Virus record (IMG/VR): IMGVR_UViG_3300041402_000314
Coordinates: 62,001-126,000 of that record
Strand: one strand, 5' to 3'
DNA length: 64,000 bases
The translations under genes and the position numbers were made by a program. The notes beneath the pieces are model-generated. The model was not told where the DNA came from, made no database searches, and saw only the letters and a program-made list of their open reading frames with translations. Every line of letters begins with the position of its first letter. Within the stretch, counting starts at the first letter, position 1. Below are positions 10,295 to 20,714 of the stretch, one piece after another.

Positions 10295-10838
10295 TATGGA
10301 GGATGGAAAGATGGAATTGCCTGAAAGAGGAGATTGTATTCATTGTGTAGTATGTAAATTTGACGATCAAGTTTGTCCGATGGAGTGTGGTTATTTTGAA
10401 GAAGCTGGACTTAAAGCCCAAAAAGAACCCGTGTTAGATGTTCATGCTCTCAAAGAGCAATTAGATCGCCTTCTTAGTGTGGTCAATGCTGTGACCTGTC
10501 CGCATAGACACGGACAACCTATAAGGCCGAAAGATTTGACGAGATTATGTAACAGGCAGCTTGACGTTGAAGAAGCCCTAAGAGAGATGGGTTATGATAG
10601 TTAAAGTAAAGAGGTAGGAGGAATAGTATGGACAAGCCAAAACTTTTTAAGGTGGCACAGGACAGTACAAAGGCAGAGTTATTCGACCTTTACTGTGAGC
10701 AAATGAATCTAGTTGAAAAATTACAAGAAGGATTAAATGAAGCCTTGGATTGGAATTGGCTAGACGAAGATCACCCAAAAGATGTAATGGAAAGACTATT
10801 AAACTTGGTAAGTATTTAAGCTAAACAGCAAGGAGTCA

Positions 10839-11867
10839 ATGGATAGATCATTAGTTAAATCAATATTACAACGAATTGTTACTGATGGAAGTATAAAGGA
10901 AACCAGTAAAGGGTTAAATTTCAGATGTTGTAAATGTGGCGATTCTGAGAAATCTAAGAGACTTCGTAGGGGTTGGATATTATTTAAAAATGATATGATA
11001 ACCTATTTCTGTCATAATTGTGGCTTTTCTCAGTCCTTTAAGAATTTCGTAAGAGAATATAGCCCAGAACTATATAAAGAATATTTCAAAAATAAGGATA
11101 TTAAGAACATCTTTAAGAAGAATTATGATGTTGGTGCTGTTCTTGTATCTGATAGAAAGAAGATCGATAATATTGATGATCTATCGAAAGAAATCCTTCC
11201 TTATTCGTTTCCTCTTCTTGAGAGAAGTATATCTGGAATCTATAAGAAAGAACTCCAGAAGAAAGCAGTTCAATTCGTGAGAGATAGGAAAATCCCTAAG
11301 AAATTCTATAAGGATTTTCTGGTCTGTTATGGCTATGATGACCCTGAAATGATACACTTCAAAGATCGGCTTATCATACCTTACTATGATGAGAATAGGA
11401 AGATGTATTGTTTTTCTGCCAGAGCTTTATATGGCGAAACTCCAAAATATCTTACATGGAATAGAGATAATATCAAGATATTTAACTTCTATAATGTTGA
11501 TAAATCTCAACCTACATTTATATTCGAGGGTGCTATAGATAGTATGTTTGTGCCTAATAGTACGGCATTGACGGGTGTAACGAATCCTGATAGCGATCAG
11601 TTTAAGATGATAAAGAAGAGATTCCCGTTGAGAATTTGGGTTACTGATAATCAATGGTGTGATGAAACAGGGATGAAAGTAGCGAAACAGATGGCAGGAG
11701 TAGGTGAGAATATTTTTGTCTATCCTAAGATTTGGAGACAATGGAAAGACCTGAATGAAATTATTTTGTCCGCAAACTTGACATCTGAGGCTGCATATAG
11801 TATAATACTTGATAATGTTTATAAAGGCAAGACCGCCTTATTAAAACTGAAACTTTTAAAATCGTGA
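10839..11867 (+). CDS. T4 gp61-like DNA primase
   Basis: NFRCCKCGDS...RGW...YFCHNCG zinc ribbon; RLIIPY, ARAL, TOPRIM FEGAIDSMF, DN, KDLNE. Confidence 0.93.
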   Translation: MDRSLVKSILQRIVTDGSIKETSKGLNFRCCKCGDSEKSKRLRRGWILFKNDMITYFCHNCGFSQSFKNFVREYSPELYKEYFKNKDIKNIFKKNYDVGAVLVSDRKKIDNIDDLSKEILPYSFPLLERSISGIYKKELQKKAVQFVRDRKIPKKFYKDFLVCYGYDDPEMIHFKDRLIIPYYDENRKMYCFSARALYGETPKYLTWNRDNIKIFNFYNVDKSQPTFIFEGAIDSMFVPNSTALTGVTNPDSDQFKMIKKRFPLRIWVTDNQWCDETGMKVAKQMAGVGENIFVYPKIWRQWKDLNEIILSANLTSEAAYSIILDNVYKGKTALLKLKLLKS

Positions 11868-11881
11868 AAAGGAGTTTGTGT

Positions 11882-12625
11882 ATGGAAAAAATAGAAGTAT
11901 CGAAGTTGAAAAATTTTACATTACCATTAAAGGCCATTAGGAATAATATACCATCGGTTATATTTTCTAAGAATGGAGACACATTTCATGTCAATGCAAA
12001 GACAGAAGATGGGTCAAAGCTAGTAAATCTCAGGTTTAATAATGATACTGTTAAACTCAAGAAGACAGGCGACATTAAAAAGCTTGGAATATACAATCTT
12101 GATGAGTTTATCAATATCCTTTCTATGTTTGATCAGGATGTGTTAGAAGTGACCAAAGACGATAACAGACTTCTGATCAAATTCAATGATAAATCAGAGG
12201 TTAGTTATGTACTCTCTGATATCAAGATCATAGAAGATAAGGAAGGACCTTCCGAGCCAAAGGCTAAGATTGACTTCTTCATCACATTTGAAATCAATAA
12301 AAATTTCTTCAAGAAAATCAAAAATATATCAAACACTGTTGATGGTAAGAACCTAAATCTTATCATGGAAGACGGTACATTATCCTATTCAATAGGTGAA
12401 GACTGTAAGCATACACATCACTATATAGAAGAGCTTCTAACTGATTGTGATAGCGAAGACTTTATTGTATCTCTACCTATCAAGACGGACGGTAAGGATA
12501 ATTTCGCATTTATATGTGACCAATTTCCTTACAAGGTGAGCGTACATTCTAAGATTGTACAGTTAGTAGCACAGACAGATGACTATGAATTATTGAGATA
12601 TTTCATAGCTCCGATAAAGAAATAA
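11882..12625 (+). CDS. T4 gp45-like sliding clamp
   Basis: GIYNLDEFINILSMF motif, C-terminal YFIA, position after the primase. Confidence 0.8.
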   Translation: MEKIEVSKLKNFTLPLKAIRNNIPSVIFSKNGDTFHVNAKTEDGSKLVNLRFNNDTVKLKKTGDIKKLGIYNLDEFINILSMFDQDVLEVTKDDNRLLIKFNDKSEVSYVLSDIKIIEDKEGPSEPKAKIDFFITFEINKNFFKKIKNISNTVDGKNLNLIMEDGTLSYSIGEDCKHTHHYIEELLTDCDSEDFIVSLPIKTDGKDNFAFICDQFPYKVSVHSKIVQLVAQTDDYELLRYFIAPIKK

Positions 12626-12638
12626 TCGAGGAGAAAAC

Positions 12639-13154
12639 ATGAATGATTATAAACACATATTAGTAACACCACATAATAAGGCAGTGCTGGAACAGTTAAA
12701 ATTTGAAATTGAACAAGACCCTGTAATAAGATTTGCTTTAAATGGTAGCTGGACAAACTTTGATCTTGATATTACAAGTACATGGAATCGAGAGTATCAT
12801 TTACTTATGAAAAGTGGTCATGTTATCGGCTACTGTAAATTATATTTCGATAGAGGTTCTGGTTTAAATGATATATCTTGGACGTTAGCAATTAAAGAAG
12901 AGTATCGAAATGATATTCATGGTATTGCTGTCGGTCAAATGATGGCAGATTATACCTTCGAAAAACTCGGTGCTGATATTTTAAGAGCAACAGTATTTTC
13001 TAATAATGTAATAAGTTTAAAAATACATGAAAGTTTTTTCACTTCTACTGGATACGTATTTAGAGAATTTAAAGTAGGCAATAATTTTATTGATAAACAT
13101 TTTTTCCATTGCACTAGAGAAAGATGGGAAGAAGGTAAACGAAAAAGATCGTAA
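12639..13154 (+). CDS. GNAT (RimL/RimJ-like) acetyltransferase
   Basis: IGY, AIKEEYR..G, FEKLG, ATVFSNN..SLKIHE. Confidence 0.7.
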   Translation: MNDYKHILVTPHNKAVLEQLKFEIEQDPVIRFALNGSWTNFDLDITSTWNREYHLLMKSGHVIGYCKLYFDRGSGLNDISWTLAIKEEYRNDIHGIAVGQMMADYTFEKLGADILRATVFSNNVISLKIHESFFTSTGYVFREFKVGNNFIDKHFFHCTRERWEEGKRKRS

Positions 13155-13197
13155 TCATATATGAGATTGGGTGGTTAATTCGTTTGACATGGTACGG

Positions 13198-13303
13198 CTC
13201 CTTATATAAGTATTAGTGGAAGGACAGCAAGCAGATGGCTCCGCTTGTTGCTAACTTATTGGTAGTAGGTTAGCTTACTTCCTATAACTATTTATATAAG
13301 GAG
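13198..13303 (-). repeat. Structured cassette, copy 1 (between an 11-aa remnant ORF and ruvC)
   Basis: Terminal IR CTCCTTATATAA/TTATATAAGGAG; internal stems GGAAG/CTTCC, CAGCAAGC/GCTTGTTG, GCTAACTTATT/AGTAGGTTAGC; homologous to 20722 and 50116. Confidence 0.85.
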
Positions 13304-13309
13304 AAATAA

Positions 13310-13855
13310 ATGATAGCTTCAATTGATGCTTCAATGAGAAGTACAGGGGTATGTGTCGTAAATGAGAAAGGAGATTTGGTAGATTTTTGTATTGTGTCTA
13401 ATAAAGACGCTACTGATTTAGAACTGTTGGAATATAATATAGAAGGGGTGATGGATTTTCTTTTGAAACATAAAGGAGATTTAACTGATATTATTATTGA
13501 GGGTCTAGCCTTTGGTGCTAAATGTAAAAGGGCTGATATATTATTTTCTAACTATTGGTTTATGCGTTATTTCATATCTAAAGAATTTGGAGATAGTGTG
13601 AATTATAATGTTTATCCAGTTACTACATGGAGAAAAACCTTTATTTCTAAAGAGAGAGCGAAAGAAGTCAAGGACAGAGGGGAAAATAAAAAAGGTTGGC
13701 AGAAAAAAGAGTGTGTGGGTCTTCTGGATGAAGAGGTTAAAGTGGCTTTTGAATTATATGTTAAGGAAAATAAATTCAAAAAAGATGCTATTTTCGATCT
13801 AACGGATTCTTTTTTACAGGGAAAACATCACGTCCTAGAAAAAACTTCTGGGTAA
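13310..13855 (+). CDS. RuvC-like Holliday junction resolvase
   Basis: IASIDASMRSTG, IIIEGLAFG, PVTTWRK, DLTDSF. Confidence 0.85.
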   Translation: MIASIDASMRSTGVCVVNEKGDLVDFCIVSNKDATDLELLEYNIEGVMDFLLKHKGDLTDIIIEGLAFGAKCKRADILFSNYWFMRYFISKEFGDSVNYNVYPVTTWRKTFISKERAKEVKDRGENKKGWQKKECVGLLDEEVKVAFELYVKENKFKKDAIFDLTDSFLQGKHHVLEKTSG

Positions 13856-14497
13856 ATTTGACATCAGAGAAACCGTTGTGTTATAATTAGAGCTTAAAAA
13901 TTGGAGGAATAAATTTATGTTGAAAGAAAGTTATGAAAAAATTATTTACGACTCTGGCATAAAGAAGATTGTATATTCTATAGGAAAAGAAGTATCTGAA
14001 GATACCGTCAGTAGATCAGTAAGAGATGATGGTGGGTTAGGTTCGCATCTCGTTATAAGATGTAATTATCTTCCAAATGATGTTTTAGAAATTATAAATA
14101 TTAATCAAACACTAGTTAAAACAGTAGAAGAAAGTACATTTGATAAGAAAGAATAATTGGAGGAATAAATTATGTTGAAAGAATTGAAAAGAGCTAAAGT
14201 AGGTGAGTTCTACGGAACGGAAATGACCACTTTAGATTCTACCTATAGTGAAGCTAAAAATGAGAGAATACAGGAAATTCTACTCGAAGGTATTGTAGGT
14301 ACTGTGATATCGGTTTTACCGCCTGATGCCACAGACCCTATTAATGTAGTTGTTGAAGATTTTGACTTCAGCGAGAAGCCTAAAAGATTCATATTCAGCT
14401 TCTATAATGAAGAGACTGGAACTGATGAAATGGTCGATACGCTCTTTGAAAAAGATTGGAAAATAGTACAGATATAAGCTAAACGTTGGAGGTTTGA

Positions 14498-15451
14498 ATG
14501 AGTGAAGAAAAGGAATTATCAATACCGTGGGTTGAGCGACATAGACCTGATGAGATAGACAATATTGTACTACCAGAAAAAACAAAGAAGGTCTTTAAAA
14601 CCCTGTTGAAAAGAGGTGGTGATAAGCTACCTAACTTTCTCTTCAGTGGGTTATCTGGTGTAGGTAAAACCACTTTAGCCAAGGCCATAATTAAAGAGTT
14701 GGGTATAACCAGCTCTCTTTATATCAATGCTTCAGATGAAAATGGTATCGATACTATCAGAACGAAAGTAAGTACATTTTGTTCCACTATGTCGGTAGAT
14801 AATGAAATAAAGATACTGATATTGGATGAGGCCGATGGTATATCCTTTCAAGGACAGAAGGCACTCAATAATATCATAGAAAGCTCTACAACTACAAGGT
14901 TTATCTTTACCTGTAACTATCCTGAGAAGATATTACCAGCGTTGAGGTCAAGGCTTAAGGAAGTAGTTTTCAGACAGTCAGATGTCAAAGATATCAGAAG
15001 ATTAATGGGTAGTATCCTGAAAGCTGAAGGAATCGATTTCTCTGATGTCGAGCAAAAAACCACATTACTCAAGATGATAGATAAATTTTATCCTGATATG
15101 AGAAAGACCATAAACCATCTTCAATATTTCTGCTCTTCTGGAGAGTTAGATATTGATCTTGATGAGGTTGTTGCTGATGATACCTACGATATCGTAATAG
15201 ATCAAATTTGTCAAGGAAAAATTATGTCGTTATGGGAAACCATGCGAAATAATAAGCTAGACTATGACGGTATCATCAAACGTATATTCCACGACTTGTT
15301 AAATAAGAAAGAACTTTTCGGAGAGGTAGAGAATACTATGCTTTCCCAAATGATACTTCTTTGTTGTGAATTCAAGGCAAAATCTAATGAAGTGGTCGAT
15401 AAAGAGATGAACTTCATGCAGTTTGCTATAGAAATAATGGAAGTGGAATAA
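14498..15451 (+). CDS. gp44-like clamp loader AAA+ subunit
   Basis: WVERHRP, GLSGVGKTT, INASDENGIDTIR, LDEAD, FIFTCNY, LRSR. Confidence 0.95.
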   Translation: MSEEKELSIPWVERHRPDEIDNIVLPEKTKKVFKTLLKRGGDKLPNFLFSGLSGVGKTTLAKAIIKELGITSSLYINASDENGIDTIRTKVSTFCSTMSVDNEIKILILDEADGISFQGQKALNNIIESSTTTRFIFTCNYPEKILPALRSRLKEVVFRQSDVKDIRRLMGSILKAEGIDFSDVEQKTTLLKMIDKFYPDMRKTINHLQYFCSSGELDIDLDEVVADDTYDIVIDQICQGKIMSLWETMRNNKLDYDGIIKRIFHDLLNKKELFGEVENTMLSQMILLCCEFKAKSNEVVDKEMNFMQFAIEIMEVE

Positions 15452-15918
15452 TGTTAGAGCTGTTCGGTATAAAGGAAAAGGAAGTAAAGGAAGAAACCTA
15501 CGTCCAACCAAAGCCTTTATCTATCTTTGATTATATAACAGATATTTGCGTGACTAAAAAGGGTAATATTCATGTTACTAGAGACCCAAATCTCAGTAAA
15601 TTTGACCCCTTTATGGTCATGCGGTTCCTGAGTTTGGATAAAGGAAACATTGTTTTCACTGGTATATTCAATCATTTTTCTTCTAGTCTAACCAAAGAAG
15701 AGCTATATAAGAGCTTGGTCATTATAATTCCTAGAGGTAAAAAGTTCTTAAAATACCCTAAACTGGTAAAGAGCATCCTTAAGGAGGAGGATGTCAAGCT
15801 ACTGAAAGACTACTTTAAGTGTTCCAGTTATGATGCCAGAGAATACCTGAATATGGGTCTAATTAAAGAAGATGATATAGAGGCTATAAAGGAAAAGTAT
15901 GGCGGAAGAGAAGGGTAA
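15451..15918 (+). CDS. gp62-like clamp loader small subunit
   Basis: FDYI..I, F.PFMV.RFLS, KFLKY, YFKCS...AREY; follows gp44. Confidence 0.85.
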   Translation: MLELFGIKEKEVKEETYVQPKPLSIFDYITDICVTKKGNIHVTRDPNLSKFDPFMVMRFLSLDKGNIVFTGIFNHFSSSLTKEELYKSLVIIIPRGKKFLKYPKLVKSILKEEDVKLLKDYFKCSSYDAREYLNMGLIKEDDIEAIKEKYGGREG

Positions 15919-16135
15919 ATGGTACACGGAATGGAAAGAATATAAAGTAGTTACATGCGCTTCATGTGGGTTTTTATATAAGAATGGTGAAAAATATTGT
16001 CATGACTGTGGTGATGATGGAGTAGATATTAGTATGGAAATATATGTCACTCCGATTAAACCAGTAAGATTCATAGAGTTAAATTTTGTAATAGATAAGG
16101 AGAATGGTGAATGTACATTTCATTCGAAGGAATAG
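15899..16135 (+). CDS. Small zinc-ribbon protein ending in a tail-sheath-like C-terminal strand
   Basis: CASC..CHDC followed by IYVTPIKPVRFIELNFVI. Confidence 0.55.
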   Translation: MAEEKGKWYTEWKEYKVVTCASCGFLYKNGEKYCHDCGDDGVDISMEIYVTPIKPVRFIELNFVIDKENGECTFHSKE

Positions 16136-16761
16136 ATGGGGCAGGTAAAAGCACTATCATGAAAAGGGTTGCGGATAGGTTAAGTTTAGATGAAAGATTA
16201 AAGGAATATGGCTATGATAAGATAGTGACATCTAGTGAGCCTAAAGGAATTTTTCGAGATATTATTCTCGATGCTGATAACAAATATGAGATTACTGAAT
16301 TGGCAAGATTCTTTCTATATCAGGCCGATAGGAGTATCCACACTGAAACCGTTATCAAACCTAACAGAGATAAGATATTGTTGGTCGATAGAGGTCCAAT
16401 AAGTACGTTGGTCTATCAGGAAGTTGCTACAGGTTTAAAGCCTCATACGATGAGGAATATAATAGAGATAGCCAATCGAGGTATTTGGCCTGATGTATAT
16501 ATCTATTTTGATATAGATTATGAGACTTCTGTTAAAAGACTTGGTGCTGAAAAAGATCACTTTGAGAAGAAAGGAAAAGACTTCTTCGATAAGCTCCTCA
16601 ATGGTTATGTGAATAGGTTGGCGGAAATGGATGACTATGGTACTAAAAAGGTTATAAAAATAGATGCTAAACGTGATGAAAATGAGGTATTTGAAGACGT
16701 TTATAAGCAAGTATTCAGATATATAATAGCATATGATCTGATAAAACAATCCGAGTTCTGA
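16111..16761 (+). CDS. tmk: Thymidylate kinase
   Basis: ISFEGIDGAGKST, EP, ADR..H, DRG..ST..YQ, PD. Confidence 0.92.
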   Translation: MYISFEGIDGAGKSTIMKRVADRLSLDERLKEYGYDKIVTSSEPKGIFRDIILDADNKYEITELARFFLYQADRSIHTETVIKPNRDKILLVDRGPISTLVYQEVATGLKPHTMRNIIEIANRGIWPDVYIYFDIDYETSVKRLGAEKDHFEKKGKDFFDKLLNGYVNRLAEMDDYGTKKVIKIDAKRDENEVFEDVYKQVFRYIIAYDLIKQSEF

Positions 16762-16771
16762 AAAGTAGCTC

Positions 16772-16815
16772 CCAACTCCTTATATAAATAGTTAAAACTA
16801 TGAATAAGGAGTTGG
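16772..16815 (+). promoter_or_regulatory. Late promoter within an RBS-sequestering hairpin (regA)
   Basis: CCAACTCCTTAT...ATAAGGAGTTGG inverted repeat with TATAAATA at 16783-16790. Confidence 0.8.
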
Positions 16816-16819
16816 TAAA

Positions 16820-17221
16820 ATGATCGAAAAAGGAATAAAAGTAGACCTTAATAAACCCTTTCCTATTGTGAGGGAAACATTAAGTCGTATAGGTATAGCT
16901 AATAGAGAAGAGAAGAAATTGTTCCCTAGCTGTTATATCTACCAAAAAGGAGAGGATTATTTTATCTCTCACTTCAAAGAACTTCTCAAAAATCCTGATA
17001 TGGATGAAGTTGATTACCAGAGACGAGATACCATTATATGGCTTCTCGAAAATTGGGAATTAATAAGTATATGTTGTGATAGTGAAGCTGAAGAGATTAA
17101 AAATAATATTCTCAAGAAAAAACTTTTCGTCTTATCGAAAGATCAGATGGAAAGAGAAGATTGGTTAATATGCCATAAATTGCACCAATATGGCATAACT
17201 CAATATAGTTCGATTGATTAA
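16820..17221 (+). CDS. regA: RegA-like translational repressor
   Basis: VRETLSRIGIAN..EKKLFPSC..., YFISHFKEL, RRDTI..LLENWELI. Confidence 0.92.
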   Translation: MIEKGIKVDLNKPFPIVRETLSRIGIANREEKKLFPSCYIYQKGEDYFISHFKELLKNPDMDEVDYQRRDTIIWLLENWELISICCDSEAEEIKNNILKKKLFVLSKDQMEREDWLICHKLHQYGITQYSSID

Positions 17222-17250
17222 TAAATCTACTAAACAACAGGAGGAAATAT

Positions 17251-18153
17251 ATGAAAGTAGATAGAAGTAAGTTAAGAAAGGCTTTGAAAAAAAGTAAGGA
17301 GGAAGATGATAAGAAAAAAGGCGGTTTCGTAGATGAAAGAATCTGGAAGCCTGAAATTCCTAAAAAAGATAAGAATATCTTTAGGGTTAGAGTTCTGCCT
17401 TTCGGTAATGAAGTGCCTTGGGTAAATCTCCGTCAGCATCAAATCAAGACCAAAACTGGTTTCTGGTATGAGAATTGCCCAACCACAATTGGTAAGGATT
17501 GTCCTATCTGTGAAAGAGCTGTTGAGCTTTACGCTACTGAGGATGAGACAGATGCTAAAGAGGCTAGTAAGATATACAGAAAGCAGCAATATTTCTCTAA
17601 CATCTTAGTAGTAAAAGACAGTAGAAATGATGGTGAAAATGAAGGTAAGGTTTTCCTTTATAAGTACGGTAAAAAAATATTCGATAAGTTCTATTCTGCA
17701 CTTCATCCTAATGTAGAAGAAGGCGAGGAAGAATGCTGGTTTATTGGTTGTGATGAAGAAGAACAGGGAAGTGATTTTCTTCTAGTAGCAAAGACTGTAT
17801 CTGGTTTCGCTAACTATGATGAGTCTAAATTTGCCCAGAAAACTACGGCTATTGCTAAAACCGATGAAAAGATCAATGCTATCCTCGATAGTGGATATAA
17901 GCTCACGGATGAAATATCTCCCGATAAATTCAAGTCTTATGATGAGCTAGTGAAGCTTTTCGAGCAAAAAGTTCTCGGCGTGGAAGTTGCTAAAACTGAA
18001 GAAAAGGCCACTACTAAGAAAAAGGTAGAGAAAGAAGAGACTGATGATCTCGATAATGAGTTTGATGACGATGATACATCTACCGATGTTGATACATCTG
18101 ATGCTGGTGATGGTGATGATGATCTTCTGGACGGACTTGATGACTTCGATTAA
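17251..18153 (+). CDS. gp32-like single-stranded DNA-binding protein
   Basis: DERIWKP, RVLP, ENCPTTIGKDCPICE, NILVVKD, NEGKVFLYKYGKKIFDK, NYDESKF, acidic tail. Confidence 0.95.
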   Translation: MKVDRSKLRKALKKSKEEDDKKKGGFVDERIWKPEIPKKDKNIFRVRVLPFGNEVPWVNLRQHQIKTKTGFWYENCPTTIGKDCPICERAVELYATEDETDAKEASKIYRKQQYFSNILVVKDSRNDGENEGKVFLYKYGKKIFDKFYSALHPNVEEGEEECWFIGCDEEEQGSDFLLVAKTVSGFANYDESKFAQKTTAIAKTDEKINAILDSGYKLTDEISPDKFKSYDELVKLFEQKVLGVEVAKTEEKATTKKKVEKEETDDLDNEFDDDDTSTDVDTSDAGDGDDDLLDGLDDFD

Positions 18154-18191
18154 GTTAAATAATACATTATCGTCCTCATAACTATAATGTA

Positions 18192-18225
18192 AGTAGAGGG
18201 AACTATATCAATAGTTCCCTCTACT
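18192..18225 (+). terminator. Hairpin/terminator after gp32
   Basis: AGTAGAGGGAACTAT-ATCA-ATAGTTCCCTCTACT perfect stem; weak U tract. Confidence 0.65.
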
Positions 18226-18243
18226 ATTATCTGAAGAAATAAC

Positions 18244-18272
18244 TTGACAATAGAGAAAGAATTTAGTATAAT
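18244..18272 (+). promoter_or_regulatory. Sigma70-type promoter
   Basis: TTGACA-N17-TATAAT. Confidence 0.8.
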
Positions 18273-18559
18273 AGGGGTTTGAAAATTAGAGGAGAAATAT
18301 ATTGAAAGTAACCGAGATAAGTTTAACTAGAGAGGCGGTAGAGGAAAGAGATTATCGTGATATATTTGCGATTGAAATAGACGATGTGAAAGTTTTCAGG
18401 GTAAGTGACGGAGAACCAGAGGACAGTAATTTAAGCAGAGATTTTAGTGATGTCTATAGTATCCCAGAATTAATGCAAAAAGCTTATGATGCTGGAAAGA
18501 GAGGTGAAGAAATTACCTTTGAGCAGAACGAAGTTGATGAATATTAATAGGGGTTAATT

Positions 18560-18778
18560 ATGAGAGATATAAAGTTAGTTAAAGCCATAATGATAGATGG
18601 TGAATTAGTACATGTAACATGGGAAAGCAACATCCCTACTGATTTAAAAGCTATGCATGGTATAACTGCCATAGATCAGATGGCATTAATGGTTGCTGAT
18701 GCGTTGACTGAATATAACTTAACTGATGAAGAAAAGGAACATCTAGTTAAGTTGATACAAGAGGAACTACAATTATGA
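18560..18778 (+). CDS. Small protein with a major-capsid-like segment
   Basis: DLKAMHGITAIDQM resembles QDLRNVHGLNVEAEM in the MCP of this window. Confidence 0.5.
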   Translation: MRDIKLVKAIMIDGELVHVTWESNIPTDLKAMHGITAIDQMALMVADALTEYNLTDEEKEHLVKLIQEELQL

Positions 18779-19410
18779 GCATAATACTTAAATCTGGTGT
18801 AGAACTATTAGCGATTACCCCAGACTGTGAAAGATTAATAGAATCATGTGGTAGAACCTGTTATGAGTCGTATGATAAAGTAACAGAAGATTCACATATA
18901 AAAATTATAAGACATCTGCTGAAAAATGGTCATACATCCGTGTTTGAACATGCATCTGCCACATTCAGGTTCACTAACGTATCGAGGAGCCTTACCCATC
19001 AATTGGTGAGGCATAGAATAGCTTCTTATTCTCAGAAGTCTCAAAGATACGTTAAAGAAAACGATTTTGATTTTATTACTCCTGATGCTATTATTGATAA
19101 TGGTGATGCATTAGCAAAATATCATGATTGTATGAAATTCATTGAAGAAATTTACAATGATTTAGTTGCATTGGGTATCAGGAAAGAAGATGCTAGATAT
19201 GTTCTGCCAAATGCGTGTACGACTACTATAGATACGACACTTAACTTTAGAAGTCTCTTTAATTTATTCGATCTAAGAGGCGACATTCACGCACAATGGG
19301 AAATAAGGCGTAAGGTAATGGCAATGCTAGTCCTTGTTAAAGAACATGCTCCTACGGTCTTTGAGGGATACGAAAACGATTACGAAAAAGAAATTATTCG
19401 GAGAGTGTGA
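18775..19410 (+). CDS. thyX: Flavin-dependent thymidylate synthase
   Basis: GHTSVFEH, SRSLTHQLVRHRIASYSQKSQRYV, EDARYVLP, AQWEIR. Confidence 0.97.
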   Translation: MSIILKSGVELLAITPDCERLIESCGRTCYESYDKVTEDSHIKIIRHLLKNGHTSVFEHASATFRFTNVSRSLTHQLVRHRIASYSQKSQRYVKENDFDFITPDAIIDNGDALAKYHDCMKFIEEIYNDLVALGIRKEDARYVLPNACTTTIDTTLNFRSLFNLFDLRGDIHAQWEIRRKVMAMLVLVKEHAPTVFEGYENDYEKEIIRRV

Positions 19411-19856
19411 TGTTTAAAAAATTATTTGGGAAAAAAGAACAAAAAACTCCTGACACTGACCCTTATAAAGAGATATATTGTGCGTATGAATTTAACGGCA
19501 AATCTAAAGTTATAGTTTTTAGAGCAAGGCGAAATTATGATAAAGATAATATGATTTGCCGAAATTGTAAAGCTTGTGAATAAATAAAATTGTTTAAGGA
19601 GTTTGAAAATGATTCCACTATTAAAATGGAAGGGGTTGAAGTTCAAGGACATCAGTGAGTCCGTATTCGAACTGACTCATAAGACTGGAAAATTATTTAC
19701 GGTAAAAATTCATAAATTTCCTGAAAACGAAGGAAGTTTAACGATTGCTAATCCTAAATATAAACTTTCGAATGCCGAATTTGTAATGACAGAAAAAGGA
19801 TTTTTGGAAAATTTAAAAAGGGAATATATAACCATTTTATAACAAATAAAATAGTT

Positions 19857-20714
19857 TTAAGAAGTTAATATATCTTTAACGTCTTCTAATATGCATTCGT
19901 CAAACCATTCCGTTCTTCCACCACCCGAAGGCTGAATTTTACAATGATCTTTGAAATAATCATGGAGATAAGATTCTAATTCATCTATTTTCTTGTAAGT
20001 ATCTTTTACTAAGAAAATAGGTTTACAATCACCGAAATCTCTCGAAAGATCATGTATTCTTCTCTGTAAATTCTTTTCATTGGTGAGACCTATTTTGATG
20101 ATAGGTTTAGTTTGGTGCTGCATTAGATAAAGATAATGAGATTCTATAGAATTGTTTTCGGATAAAGATTTGAAATATTTTCTACGAGATATACTAATAT
20201 TATCTCTTCTTCTCGTCTCTAATTCGGGATTATTTTTCATAGTTTGGGTAGTTTTTTCAATTCTCTGTTTCTCTACAGTTGGATTATCCAAATAAAATTT
20301 TTTACGTTTTTCTATACGGCTGTGTATTTTTTCAGGATTATCTCAAAAAATTTGTTTAATTTTCTCTGTCCTATTTTTGACTTTTTCGAGATTATCTTTA
20401 CACCATAGTTTATATTTTTCTACTTTCTTTTGTGTAATGGAAGGATTATCTTCGAGAGTTTTTCTATAAGATTTTATTTGCTTATCTTTCACTATTCTAT
20501 TATTATTTGAACATTTACTAGAACAATGATTGGCATAACCATATGTTAAGTTGAAAAATTTTGTCTCTTTACCACAAGAACAAATTCCCTCTCGTTCGGC
20601 TTTAAAGAATATATCATAATAGTCTTTTGGTATTAGATTATGTTTTCTCTTAATATGATGGCCTAAAATTTTAAATTGTTGATTACAGATTTGACAGGTG
20701 AGAATTTTTGACAT
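19857..20714 (-). pseudogene. Homing-endonuclease-like gene (Zn fingers + DNP repeats + T5orf172/GIY-YIG-type domain) interrupted by one in-frame TGA
   Basis: ORFs 20343..20792 and 19857..20291 share a frame, separated only by TGA at 20343-20345; C-terminal YLYLM..IKIGLT..RR...LESYLH..GRTEWF. Confidence 0.8.

Noticed and set aside
13310-13855. TnpB/Cas12-like RNA-guided nuclease, given the adjacent structured RNA
   Set aside because: 181 aa, a compact resolvase-type RuvC with no zinc finger or REC/WED region, located among replication genes.
20343-20345. Genome-wide stop-codon reassignment suggested by the in-frame TGA
   Set aside because: Several intact genes end properly at TGA (sigma, cca, primase, thyX, kinase) and core genes read through in code 11.
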